From the NCBI RefSeq assembly GCF_963921235.1, contig NC_086118.1, positions 23,748,001 through 23,812,000 on the forward strand: a stretch of DNA of 64,000 nucleotides, written 5' to 3'. The first letter of the stretch is position 1. Each line of letters starts with the position of its first letter. Below, one piece after another: positions 24,657 through 36,469 of this stretch. Source of the DNA: Mobula hypostoma (taxonomy: Eukaryota). The notes under the pieces are model-generated. The model saw only the letters and a list, made by a program, of their open reading frames with translations, was not told the origin of the DNA and searched no databases. Made by a program: the position numbers and the translations under genes.

Positions 24657-24851
24657 AAGTTTAGAAGATTATGGGCCTATGGCCAAATGGGATGAGGTTG
24701 AGCGAGCATCTTGGCTGTCATGAGCCAATTGGGCTAAAGAGCTTGTTTCCATGCTTATGAATTTCAGACTTGATGAAGGCAATGCAATTATAGAGAAGCA
24801 AGAATTGATCCTGGAGCAGATATAGACTCAATGTTCCCCCTATTTTTTTTT

Positions 24852-25500
24852 AGATTATAAGGACACTCAGTCTTCATTTATTGTCATTTAGAAATGCACG
24901 CATTAAAAAATGATACAAACGTTCCTCCAGAATAATATCACAAGAACACAGCACAAACCAAGATCAAAACTGCCAAAACCACATAATTATAACATATAGT
25001 TACAACAGTGCAAAGCAATACCATAATTTGATAAAGAGCAGACAATGGGCATGGTAAAAAAATAAGTCTCAAAGTTCCGGTAGCCCCATCATCTCACGCA
25101 GACGGCAGAAGGGAGAAACTCTCCCTGCCATGGACCTCCAAGCGCCGCAAGCTTGCCGATGCATTGGAAACACCTGACCGCAGCGGACTCTGAGTCCGTC
25201 CCAAAACTTTGAGCCTCCGACCCCGAGCACCATCCTCTGCCAAGCGCTTCGACCCCGCACCAGCGGCCGAGCAACAAGCAAACCTGAGGGCTTGGGGCCT
25301 TCCCCTCTGGAGATTCTGGATCACACAGTAGCAGCGGCAGTGAAGCAGGCATTTCAGAAGTTTCACCAGATGTTCCTCCGTGCTCTCACGTCTGTCTCCA
25401 TCAAATCAGGATTGTGCACGGCACCCTACTTGACAAATAACAGACATCACCACTGGAGTGGCTGCTGCGAGCTGCGTTGCGCCGCCATCTTCTCCTCCCG
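24852..25500 (-). mobile_element. About 640-bp CpG-rich non-autonomous retroelement, copy 1
   Basis: Colinear with 26300-26925; begins CGGGAGGAGAAGATGGCGGCG; ends AATGACAATAAA..TAATCT. Confidence 0.75.
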
Positions 25501-26050
25501 CCAAAAGGGTATTTTGCAAGGGTATTTGGAATTATGTTTAAAAATATAAGTATTTTTTCCTCAGATTGTACTGCAAATGTTGAGTTAAACTGGCCTGCTA
25601 AGGGTAGTTACTCACATTGCAACATGACCAGATTCCATATTCTATGTAGGAGTGATTGGATCCCATTGGCTTCAATAGCAGAAAATTTTCAGCCATCGTT
25701 GCTCACAATGAGTAACTGTCCCATCCTTGGTGCACATAATCAAAGCAGACTGGGCACTCATTCAAAGACAGAAGTTAGCCCTTCCCTGTAAACTGGAACA
25801 AATCTCAAAGCTCGTCATTACGAACTCCTGTCACCCAAGGCATGTCCTCTTCTCTTTGCTACTATCAGGGAGGAAACACAGGATCCTAAAGGCACACACT
25901 CAACAATTCAGAAACGAACTCTTCCCCTCTTCCATCAGATTTCTGAATTGATACTGAACCCATTAACGCTACCTCACGACCTTCTTTTTCACTTTTTGTG
26001 GCTACTTATTTAACTTAACATGTATGCACATGCCCTTACCATAATTAATA

Positions 26051-26985
26051 TACAAAAATTGCTGGAGGAACTCAACAGGCCATGCAGCATCTGTGGAAAA
26101 GAGTACACAGTCAACATTTTGGGCTGCAACCTTTCATCAGGACAGGAAAAAAGAGATGAGAAGTCAGAATAAGAAAATGGGGTGAGGGTGAAAGAGTTAA
26201 AGGGCAGTAGAAGAGGGAATCTGACAAGAAAAGACAGAAGGCATGGAAGAAAGGAAGTGCGAAGAGCACCAGAGGGTGGTGATGGGCAGATAAAGATATT
26301 AGACTAGATTAGATTATGCAGTCCTCTTTTATTGTCATTTAGTAATGCATGCATTAAGAAATGATACAATATTCCTCCGGTGTGATATCACAGAAACACA
26401 GGACAGACTAAGACGAAAAAACTAACAAAAGCCACATAATTATAACATATAGTTACAACAGTGCAACAATACCATAACTTGATGAAGAATAGGCCATGGT
26501 CACAGTAAAAAAGTTCAAAGTCTCTCGGAAGTCCCACATCTCACGCAGACGTGAGAAGGAAGAAAATGCTCCCTGCCATGCCCGACCACAGTCCGACTCT
26601 GAGTCGTCTGAAAACTTCGAGCTCCAATCAGCCCGCTGACACCGAGTACCAAGCACCATCTCTGCGGAACGCTTCGACCCCAGCCTCGATCGCCAGCAGC
26701 AGGCAAAGCCGGGGATTTTGGGGCCTTCCCTCCGGAGATTCTCGATCGCACAGTAGCAGCGGCAGCGAACCGGGCATTTCAGAAATTTCTCCAGATGTTC
26801 CTCTGTGCCTTCTCACGTCTGTCTCCATCAAATCAGAATTGTGCACGGCATCGTACTTACAAATACAATATCATTTCACTGGAGAGCTGCGTGCGCTGCG
26901 TTGTGCTGCCATCTTCTCCTCCCGCCTGAATTGATAAGGTGGGAGAGGGAAAAGGGAATAGGGAATGGGAAATGGGGATTGCCCT
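26051..26985 (-). mobile_element. Decayed Penelope tail, split by the 26300-26925 element
   Basis: GCTGGAGGAACTCAACAGG..GCAGCATCT and decayed hammerhead at 26109-26144. Confidence 0.7.
26300..26925 (-). mobile_element. About 630-bp CpG-rich non-autonomous retroelement, copy 2
   Basis: Colinear with 24852-25500; TAATC-repeat tail. Confidence 0.75.
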
Positions 26986-26989
26986 TTAT

Positions 26990-27240
26990 CTCATTCACCA
27001 ATCTATTTCCCAGTTCTTTACTTCACCCACCTCCTCTCCAGGTTTCATCATAACCTACCACCTTGGACTTCTTCCACCCCTCCTCCATCTTCTTCTCATC
27101 TCCTTTTTCCAGTCCCGAGGAAAGGTCTCAGCCCAAAATGTTGAACCTTTACTCTTTTCTATTGATGCTGCCCGTCCTGTTGAGTTCCTCCAGCATTTTG
27201 TATGTATTATTCTGGTTTCCAGCACCTGAGGATTTTCTCT
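26990..27240 (+). mobile_element. Decayed Penelope tail, inverted relative to 26051-26985
   Basis: Decayed hammerhead 27111-27146 followed by GATGCTGCC..TGAGTTCCTCCAGCATTTTG. Confidence 0.72.
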
Positions 27241-28459
27241 TATCTGTCACTTTCCACAATTTACAGTGTTCTTATCATCGCATATTGCAAAGTGCTGCTT
27301 CAGCAAGACAACAGATTTCACAACATATACCAAAGATATTAAACCTGATTCTGATTCTGAGCTGTTGTTCTCCCTCCAGCATTTATGCCAGGAAAATCTC
27401 AGCAGAATGGAATTCCATTAGTGAACAATATGGAGTGTCTGGAGCTAGGGTCTATTGAAAGGAGTGGTGATAACTTTCAGTAAGTAAGTTTAGGTCTCAT
27501 GTTCGACTATGTATGCATGAACTTGTGTGTATTTCAACAATGATGACTCTGTTTAGAGTTGCCAGAAGTGACCGACAAAGGCTGGTCAATACATTGTAGG
27601 AATGCCTGTGGGTTATGGATTAATATAGTACTGGATGCCTATTCAACTTAACTTTGCTCTTACAACCAGGAAACCACAATAACGCTTTCATCATTTCCAA
27701 TTGCTTCTTAAATAATTGAACTTACATCTCATTTACACAAATCTGGACCATCCAAAATGTTTTTTTTTAACATTCCCTGTGTCTAATTTATGAATCTCTT
27801 CCCTCTAAGTTCGATGTTTGTGGTTCAGTTAAAATAATGTTTAACCTTTTCCTTTTCAGCCTCTTTATCATTTTCTATGCGTCTTTCTGCTTCCAGTGTG
27901 GCTCCATTTAAAAGCCGTAAGGCCCACATTTCTCTGGTCTTTTCTCACAGCTGTCAAAGTCTCCTTTGAACTAGTTTGAATGACCGCTTCTGTCTTGCAT
28001 CATCTTCCTTTACAAGCCAGCTGAGCTGAGAAACAGCCTGAAGCCAAAAGAAAAAAAATCAGGATCTTTTACGAGTGAGGTCTATCGCATGCTAGAATGC
28101 ACCTTGGAAACAAATATAATTTGATCACTGGGAAAGATTATTTTACCCCTCTTACTTCTTCATTAGGACCTTAGAACTTCAATAGTTTATGGTTCCAGGC
28201 AGGAAATCAGGTGGTGCTACTCACTCCTCATGTTCCAGCTTTGCATTATTAAAACATTAACTTATGACTTTTTTGTAAAAAAAGGAAATCTGCTCCCCCA
28301 GAGCACTTTATATTTATATTTATATACTTTATATTATCCAAAGCACGCAGTTACATTTTAATAAGGAAATAAAAAAAATAACTAGCAGGATTCAGGCAGG
28401 CATTCATAAAATGGGAATTGTTGATATCATGCTCACATTAGAGTCAGTGAAGACACTAT

Positions 28460-28535
28460 CATGGTCCTACCCTAGGTTCCACGGACCCCTTGCTTAATTG
28501 ATTTTGTCCATACATAAAAAAGGTTGGGATACCCT
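28460..28535. mobile_element. Tiny hAT(Charlie)-like MITE
   Basis: ..GG.TCCACGGACCCCT..GTCCAT.CATAAAAAAGGTTGGGA.ACCCT; sister copy at 29226-29298. Confidence 0.55.
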
Positions 28536-29225
28536 AATCTACATGAAGGCTATGGTGCAGAGTGGGTAGAAAGTCATATAATCACATCCTGTAATTTGGA
28601 TATAGACGCTCCAGTCCAAACTGATTTCAATTATTGCCCCCATTAAGCACACCTGAATGAAATTAACCAGAGGTACAAACATTCATTAAGAATGAATGAT
28701 CATATTAATGTCTGAAATCATTGCCACACTATCCAGTGTAGTTCAAGCTGCAATTAATTAAACTATGAAGGATTGCTGTGTAAATTTTAGTTCTCCATTG
28801 ATGCAAAGTAATCCGTTTCTAAGCTTTGTAAGGGTGAATTGTATGACTGTTATAACACAGATCTAGAGATTTGACCTGCTGAATATGCTGCATGTCCTGC
28901 AGCATGGTATAGAAATTATTATAGGCAAAGAAATAATGGCCCAGATTTTGCAATAAATATGAAAAACAACTGGAGGGTGAGCACTTACTTTTATTGAAGA
29001 ATAACTGATAATATTATCCTGCAACTATACTCCAGCAGTTCACTGAAGAAGCTGTTGTGTAATGGTCTGAACTAAAAAAACAGTAAGTTCTGGAAATACT
29101 CAGCAGGTCAGGGAGCATTTGTGGGAAGGGAAACGGTCAACGTTTCTAGTTCAGGGACCTCCATGAGAACTGGGAAAGAGAGGCAAATAAGTTAATCTTT
29201 AGTAGGTGATAGAGAAATGGTCAGG

Positions 29226-29298
29226 CAGGAGGTCCCAACCTGGGGTCCACAGATCCCTCGGTTAATGGTCGGGTCCATGGCATAAAAAAGGTTGCCTG
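29226..29298. mobile_element. Tiny hAT(Charlie)-like MITE
   Basis: CAGG.GGTCCCAACCTGGGGTCCAC...GGGTCCATGGCATAAAAAAGGTTG..CCTG. Confidence 0.6.
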
Positions 29299-29880
29299 TG
29301 GTAGGGGGAAGGCAATGTCTCTGGCAGAGTGAATCTAAATGGTTAATGACTGCAGATACAAGCTCGTTACACTCCTTTTCCTGTATGTTGTATTGGTAAA
29401 GACCAAGCTGTTGAACATGTCCAGGAGGCCTGACTACACAAAAATAAGGAAAATTGAAACAAAATGATGACCAGTAGAAATGGTCAGTTCTGATACAGAC
29501 AGAACTAAAGAACTAACGCATGCTGGTGAACTTGATCTGAAATCTGGATGACAACAACATTATAACAACTGAGTAACAGTACAGGAGGCCATAGGTAGAT
29601 AGGTCAGGGTGGGAATAGGATAGTGAATTGGAGTGCAGGGTACCAAGAAGCTCAGTGTCACTCCTCCAGACTGAATGTAGATGAAGTGCCCCCCTAAGTC
29701 TGACCACATTTGTGAAATTAGAATGTAGTACACTAGATTGTAATTGGTGCCAGTGTATCAGAGCTTAATCTTGAAAGGCCATTTGGGTTCCTGGATGGTG
29801 GGAATGCAGCAGGTGAAAGGATACACATTTTACCTAAAGTGCCATAAAATGGTTAGCGGTTAGTGAGGCTGGAAGAAAAG

Positions 29881-30964
29881 CAGACATCCCACCTCTCCTG
29901 GATGTTCCCGGAGTCTCCCGCAGAGTAATAGCAGCTCCCTGATGCCAACAAATTATATACAATATCCCGGAAATGAGAGGGAGATCGAGAGCGAGCATTC
30001 TGATTGGTCCCCCTTTGTGCTAAGTAGACCTATCAGTTTTCTCTGGGGGTGGGCTTTAAGTTGACCTTTGTCTCTCCATCAGTTCAGTTATGTGTCCTGC
30101 ATCGACATGGCAAAGTGTTTAAAAAAAAGAAAATATAAAACGCACTTCACCGCAGACTACACTAAAGTGTACCCCTGCCTAATAGGGGTCAAAAATAATG
30201 ACAGTGTTGCTCGCTGCACTGTTTGCAACAGTGACTTTTCTATTGCCCATGGTGGGTTAAGACTGTAAAAGACATGTTGAGGTGAGTTTAACAGGTGTCA
30301 TTCGTTCATTAGCATAGCTAACATTATTTAAACTAGCTGGCTAACTGCTAAGGAGTTACTCTATTGATGTCCTACGTGATGAGGCCAAACTCTCTGTAGA
30401 CTTGCTTAAAGTTGTAATAGAATTAAAAAATGACTCAATGATAATGTATAAGTACATACTGCATTTTAATGTCACATTTCCTGCATATACCCAGTTTACA
30501 GATTACAGATTGGTTTACAGATTAGACTAAATCACTAAACAAAGTATTACATAAGACAATATAATAAGGATACACCTTATGCTTTTATTTCTTTTAGGGA
30601 CCACAACATATTAGGGAGGCTAATCGCAGGGAAGGCTGCTCAAGTATTTCACTGTTCTTTTCAGCAGAGCCACATCACAGTACAAGGAAAGTTTGCAAAA
30701 GAAATAGAAAGGCTATTTGCATTAGCATTGAGATTGCCAACGAAATACTCAACAAGAAATATATATATATCTATGTGTGTGTATGTGTGTGTGTTTGTGT
30801 AAATAGTTTAAATATGTGTCAAATAAATTGTTGTGTTCTTTCATAATCAAAAGTCCCGTATACATGCGCCCTTGGAGGTCGACCGGGGGCGGGGGAAGAT
30901 ATGAGGTTGCGGGGGGCGGGGGTGCTACCTCCCTGAAATGAGTTTTTGCAGGGTGGGATGTCTG
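29881..30964 (+). mobile_element. Non-autonomous hAT-like DNA transposon (1084 bp)
   Basis: Perfect 13-bp TIR CAGACATCCCACC; 6-bp TSD GAAAAG at 29875-29880 and 30965-30970; internal BED-finger exon. Confidence 0.88.
30107..30281 (+). pseudogene. Transposase first exon encoding a BED zinc finger (1-nt frameshift)
   Basis: MAKCLKKRKYKTHF..ARCTVCNSDFSIAHGGL/DCKRHVE followed by splice donor GAG|GTGAGT. Confidence 0.75.
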
Positions 30965-33139
30965 GAAAAGACTAGCAGGCCATGAAGGAAACAATCTTTT
31001 CAAAATGCTGAATGAGAAGTGGAGGGAATTATGTGTCTAGTGATAGAATCTTGTTGGATCTGGCATTGGTTGTAAAGGATGATCTATTATGTAGGCTGGT
31101 GGGATAACAGGCAAGGTCCAGGGGAGCTCTGATCTTGTTTTGTTCAAGAAGAAGTGGGGTGAGAAAAGAGGTGCCAGAAATAGATGAGATGCATTTAATG
31201 GCTTGGTCCACCATGGTAAAATGAAAGTAAGAAGGAATACACTGAGATAGAGACAGAGGAATTGGGAGAAAGGAACAACATCCTTGCCAGACACAAGTTG
31301 CAAAGAAGTACAGTTAAGAGAAATGTGGGTTTACAATGGATGTTGAGGCTAGCCCTCATGATTGAGATAGAGAGATCAAAAGGGAAGAGAAGAATCAGAA
31401 AGTAAGAGCAAGGTAGAAATTGGTGCAAATGTGTCAAAATTTTCAAATTCTGTGCAAGCACAGGAAGAAGCTCTAATGTAGTCGTCTTCACTGTACCGTC
31501 AGGGAGTAGGCTTGAATTTGACTGAAATGAAGACTGTTCCACGTATCCCACAAAAAGACAGGTGTAGCTTGGGCCCATGTGCGTACCCATAGCTACATCT
31601 TTATAATTATACGTTTAGCAAACTTGACAGAGAAATTTTAAATTTACCCATTCACTCCAGCGAAATTACATTTTTACCCAAATTATACATCTTAATTTCT
31701 GATGAACAATATTGCCAGCATAAAAAATAACATTTACCAGTTTCCAATATCATGTCCTCCTGAATTATTGTTGGATTTCTTAAAAGGTTAAAACATTGTT
31801 TTTAACTAATCTCTTTCTCTCCCTCTCTCTCTCGCCTAACCTGAATTTTCATTACCCTCTTTTGCATTCCGCACATGATTTTACATTGGTCACACTAGTC
31901 ATGGCTTACATTCTTGCTTCGGTCCCAGACACCTTATTAAGGAGCCTTCAATCTGTTCAATTAAATAGGTACACAGTTATTTGTCCTATATATATATATA
32001 TAGCATCTTTCATTTGTCATTGTTCATTGTTCACAAAATCTAGGTCAAATTCCCTCTAAACAAAGATAGAAATGAACAGGGCCTTTAATGTTGTTTGAAT
32101 ATTGTTATAATTCAAGTCAAGTCAATGCTACTTTTCAAAAAGAAAACAGCTCCCTTAAGTTATTGCAACCCATTTGCCACTAGGAATCCCATGGCACCAG
32201 GTCTTCCATGAAAACACTTTGCATCAGGATAAGATAAAGACTGTACTTGTTACAGATTCTGGAACAGTCACACTTCATCATCCAATCTAGTGATTTTGCA
32301 GCTAATTTCCCTGCCTTTCCAGAAACTATGCCCTGATCATAAATATAAACAGGCGGTTTGTCAGGGGTTCTGGTGTCTGTGGCCATATTTCATTCACAGG
32401 TCAATTAGAGCCATCCCCATATAGGCCCTGGGTCAATGCCTCATCAGAACACACACCACTTCAATTATCGACTTATTCATCAGGGCAGGTCTCTAATGCC
32501 GGCTGATTTGAACTATGGGGCTAACTGCAAAAGGCAAATCTTCCCTAATTAAAGGACAATGAAGCTGGAACTTCCTGGAACATGTCACAGCAAAGAGTCG
32601 ACAGCTTTACAACACCACTGAAGGGAGCAGCTGAAAAATTCAACATTTTGATCTAATCAGTGGTGACAGACATGGGTGACAGCATCTTTTATGGCAGAGG
32701 AAATGTATTAAATGTGGGAAATTACACATAAAGTTGATAAGGATCTTAGTTTGACGCAGACAATTAGTTGGTGTTTACAGGAATACAAATTGATAGATCA
32801 AAGACCCTCAGTTTTTATATTGTGGCAGCTTTTCTAATCACTGACAGTACTTGTATTCAGTGCCTGTGAAGTGGATAGTTCTAAGTAATTGTCCATTGTG
32901 GTATCCCATTTGGTATCTTAAATTCTCCTTCATCCGGAACATTGCTACTAGAGAACTTTATTAATCCAATATCTTTATTTTGAGTTTGTTGAAGAGAAGT
33001 GTTGATGTAAATTCAGCTGAAACAAAATCAGCAGGAGTTAAGAAAGTAGGGACACCCAGGTGCTGTTATGGTGTGTCCAATATTGAGCAAACTTGAGCAA
33101 ATCTTTGTAGATTTGAGGCAACAGAATCTGGCATTCAGG

Positions 33140-33465
33140 AACTTGAAGGTTCAGGAGCTTGAAGACTCGTACGGCCAGATTTGGGAACAGCTTCTTTCCA
33201 ACTGTGATAAGACTGCTGAACGGATCCTGACCCGGATCTGGGTCGTACCCTCCAAATATCCGGACCTGCCTCTCGGTTTTTTTTTGCACTACCCATTTTT
33301 CTATTTTCTATTTATGATTTATAATTTAAATTTTTAGTATTTACTAATTTTAACTATTTTTAATATTTAATATTTGTAATCCAGGGAGTGTGAAGCACAG
33401 AATCAAATATCGCTGTGATGGTACGTTCTAGTACCAATTGTTTGGCGACAATAAAGTATAAAGTA
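33140..33465 (+). mobile_element. Rex1/Babar-like LINE 3' end (younger subfamily)
   Basis: Closely similar to the reverse complement of 47005-47305; tail GACAATAAAGTATAAAGTA. Confidence 0.8.
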
Positions 33466-33619
33466 ATATAGTAGTACCACAGTGCAATAGTCATGCTTAA
33501 GCTGAGAGGTAAGTTAGATATCCAACAGGCTGACCAAAGAGATGCCTTAAATTTGGGAATAAAATAGTTATGATCGAGATCTTTTCAAAGCAAAGATTTG
33601 GAGATTTACAAGAATGATC

Positions 33620-33935
33620 CTGAGAAAGAAAGGCCTAACTTATGAGGAGTACTTGAATGTTCTGGGCAAACAAACATTTCAGAAGGATGAAGGAGAAAGC
33701 TATTGAATACTGAAATGCCTGAGGGGTAGAGTGGACAAAGAGAGGATGTTTCATTAGTTAGGGAGTCTAGGACCTGAGAACACAGTCTCAAAATAAAGAA
33801 TGTTCCTTTAGAACAGAGATGAGGAGCAATTTCTTCAGCTAGAGGGCAGTGAATCTGTGGAATTCTTTGCTACCGCCATGATTGAATGCTGGATCAGTTT
33901 TGATTGGCCAACTGGTGTAATTCTGTTCCTATATC
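33620..33935 (+). mobile_element. CR1 LINE 3' fragment
   Basis: GAGATGAGGAGCAATTTCTTCAGCTAGAGGGCAGTGAATCTGTGGAATTC, matching the CR1 3' end at 49160-49220. Confidence 0.7.
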
Positions 33936-34059
33936 TTATCAGAATCAGGTTTAATATCACCGGCATATGTCATGAAATTTGTTATGGTGGTCCTCGCGTC
34001 TCTGTGATGGAGCAGATGGAATATGTGATACTAAGATAGAGGAATGGAAGATCTTACAG

Positions 34060-36465
34060 AGGTCAGGCAACAAAACTGCTTGTTGATTCAGCTCAGCGTT
34101 CAATACCATCATCCCCTCACAACTAATCAACAAGCTTCAAAACCCAGGTCTCTGTACCTCCCCCTGCGGCTGGATCCTCGACTTACTTATTGGGAGACCA
34201 CCGTCAGTGTGGATTTTGCTCTTGCTCTTCTCTGACAATCAACATAGGCAACCTCAGCATTACAGGACTGCTTTGAAAACACGGAAAGGATGGAACATGT
34301 TCAGGGAGGCGGCCATCACATTGACATTGACGAATATGTGAGACCTGTGGCTGGATATATAAAGAAGTGCAGTGAGGATATCACTGTTATTAAACACATC
34401 TATGTGAGGGAAAATCAGAAGCTATGGCTGACAGCACAGGTCCAAGCATAGCGGGGAGTCTGTGAATTTGCCTTCAGAATGCAAAATAATACAGCTGTCA
34501 GGTCAGCAAGAGCTGTGCATTCCCAGGCCATCAGGAAGGCAAGACGGGATTATTCAGCATCAAAATACGTTTATTATCAAAGAATTTATAAATTATACAC
34601 TTTGACATTTATCTCAGGGCATTCATTAGTCCTGCAAGACCATGGATCTGCAGCTGGAAAGCCTTCACTCTCCAGGGCGCAGGCCTGGGTAAGGTTGTAT
34701 GGAAGACCAGCAGTTGCCCATGCTGCAAGTCTCCCTTCTCCACGACACCAATGTTGTCCAAGGGAAGACCCATACAGCTTGGCACCAGTGTCGTCGCAGA
34801 GCAATGTGTGATTAAGTGCCTTGCTCAAGGACACAACACGTTCCCTCGGCTGGGGCTTGAACTCACAACCTTCAGGTGGCTAGTCCAATGCCTTAACCAC
34901 TTGGCCACATTTATACATTCTTAGTTAATAACGTACTTTGATATTGAATTCTCACAAAGAAAACACAGTCATTTCTGTGATGCTTCTCTTCCTGATAGGC
35001 TGAAAGTCTTTTATGCTCGGTTTGTTGCACTGGCGAGGCAGGTCCCTCTTCCCTCCAAGGAGCCGACACTCTGTCAGGCCACGGCTGATGTGAGTAAGAC
35101 CCTAGCCAGGGTTAACCCACGTTAAGCTGCGCGGCCTGATAACATACCTGGTTGGGTGCTGAAAGACTGTGCAGCCCAGTTAACTGAGGTTGTAACAGAC
35201 ATCTTCAACAACTCTCTGGAATAGTCCACTGTTGCCCCTGGTTTCGAGGTGGCCACCATCATTCAAGAGAGGGGGAGAGTAATCTGCCTCATAGAAAATG
35301 GTGCCTCACAAGCCAGGATGCAGTTTATTGACTTCAGCTCCGTGTTCAATGCAATCATATCTCAGGAGCCTTTGGGTAAATTGTCCTCGTTGGGTCTCAA
35401 CACCTCTCTCTGTAACTGGATCCCAGACCTCTTGACAGAAAAGCTATAATCAGTCCGAGTTGGCAGAAACATCACAAGCTCCATCACTCTAAGCACTGGC
35501 ATTCCCCAGGGCTGTGTGCTCAGCACACTGTTGTTTCTGCTGCTGATGCATTACTGTATTGCTAGATCCAGCACAAACCGTCAAGTTCGATGATGACACA
35601 ACAATGATGACGAGACAGCGTACAGAGAGGCAGTAGCGTGGCTGGTAGAATAGTGTGAGCACAACAACTTGAGTCTCAACATGCACAAAGCCACAGGGAT
35701 GCTTGTGGACTTTAGGAAGGTGCAGGCTGAACGCTCCTCACTGCACATACACGGTTCCTCCATGGAGACAGTCAGGAGCACCAAATTTCTGGGAGTGTAC
35801 ATAACGGATTATCTCGCCTCCTCCCTCAATTTCACCTCTTTGGTCAAGAAAGTACAGCAGCATCTCCACTTCCTGAGGATATTGAGGCGAGAAAGGCCCC
35901 ACCCCTGCATTTTAACCAATTTTTACAGGAGCACCACTGAGACTGGCCTGACCAGCTATATTGCTATCTGGAACAGGAATTGCAGGGCATCCGACCACAA
36001 GCCCCTATAAAAGGATTGCGAGGGCCACTGAGAGGATCATCAGGGTCTCTCGTCCACACATCACAGATATTTATCAGGAGCACTGTGTATGCAGGGCCCT
36101 TAGCATTGTTAGTGATCTCTCATATTTAACCAAAAATCTCTTTGACACCATCAGGCAAGAGGTATCATAGCATTAGGACAAGAACTGTTAGGAAGGGAAA
36201 CAGTTTCTTCCCCCAGGCCTTAAGGCTACTGAACTCCCTGCTACCACCCAGGTCTCATCACATATGAAGAGCCAGTAGTATTTTACTGTCTATTTTTTAA
36301 CTACTGTATATATACTCATTATTTGTTAATTTATTTATGGTAATATCACCTTATGTGTTATGTATGTGAGATACATGTACTGTATTGTGCAATTTGGTCC
36401 AGAGGAATGTTGTCTTATCAGGTGTTATACATGTGTATAGTTGGATGTCAATAAACTTGAACTTC
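34060..36465 (+). mobile_element. Rex1/Babar-like LINE, long decayed fragment(s)
   Basis: [39 protein letters not shown]; tail CAATAAACTTGAACTT. Confidence 0.85.
34613..34908 (-). mobile_element. Second copy of the tRNA/CORE-like/RTE-tail SINE
   Basis: Reverse complement colinear with 22118-22423; flanking ACATTTAT repeat. Confidence 0.85.
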
Positions 36466-36469
36466 CATA

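Larger units (their letters stand above)
29070..31600 (-). mobile_element. Old decayed Penelope element hosting two DNA transposons
   Basis: RT motif MGTHMGPSYTCLFVGYVEQS (31590 downward); tail with decayed hammerhead near 29135-29171. Confidence 0.75.

Noticed and set aside
30757..30800. (AT)n/(GT)n microsatellite
   Set aside because: Short, imperfect, ordinary simple repeat inside the hAT-like element
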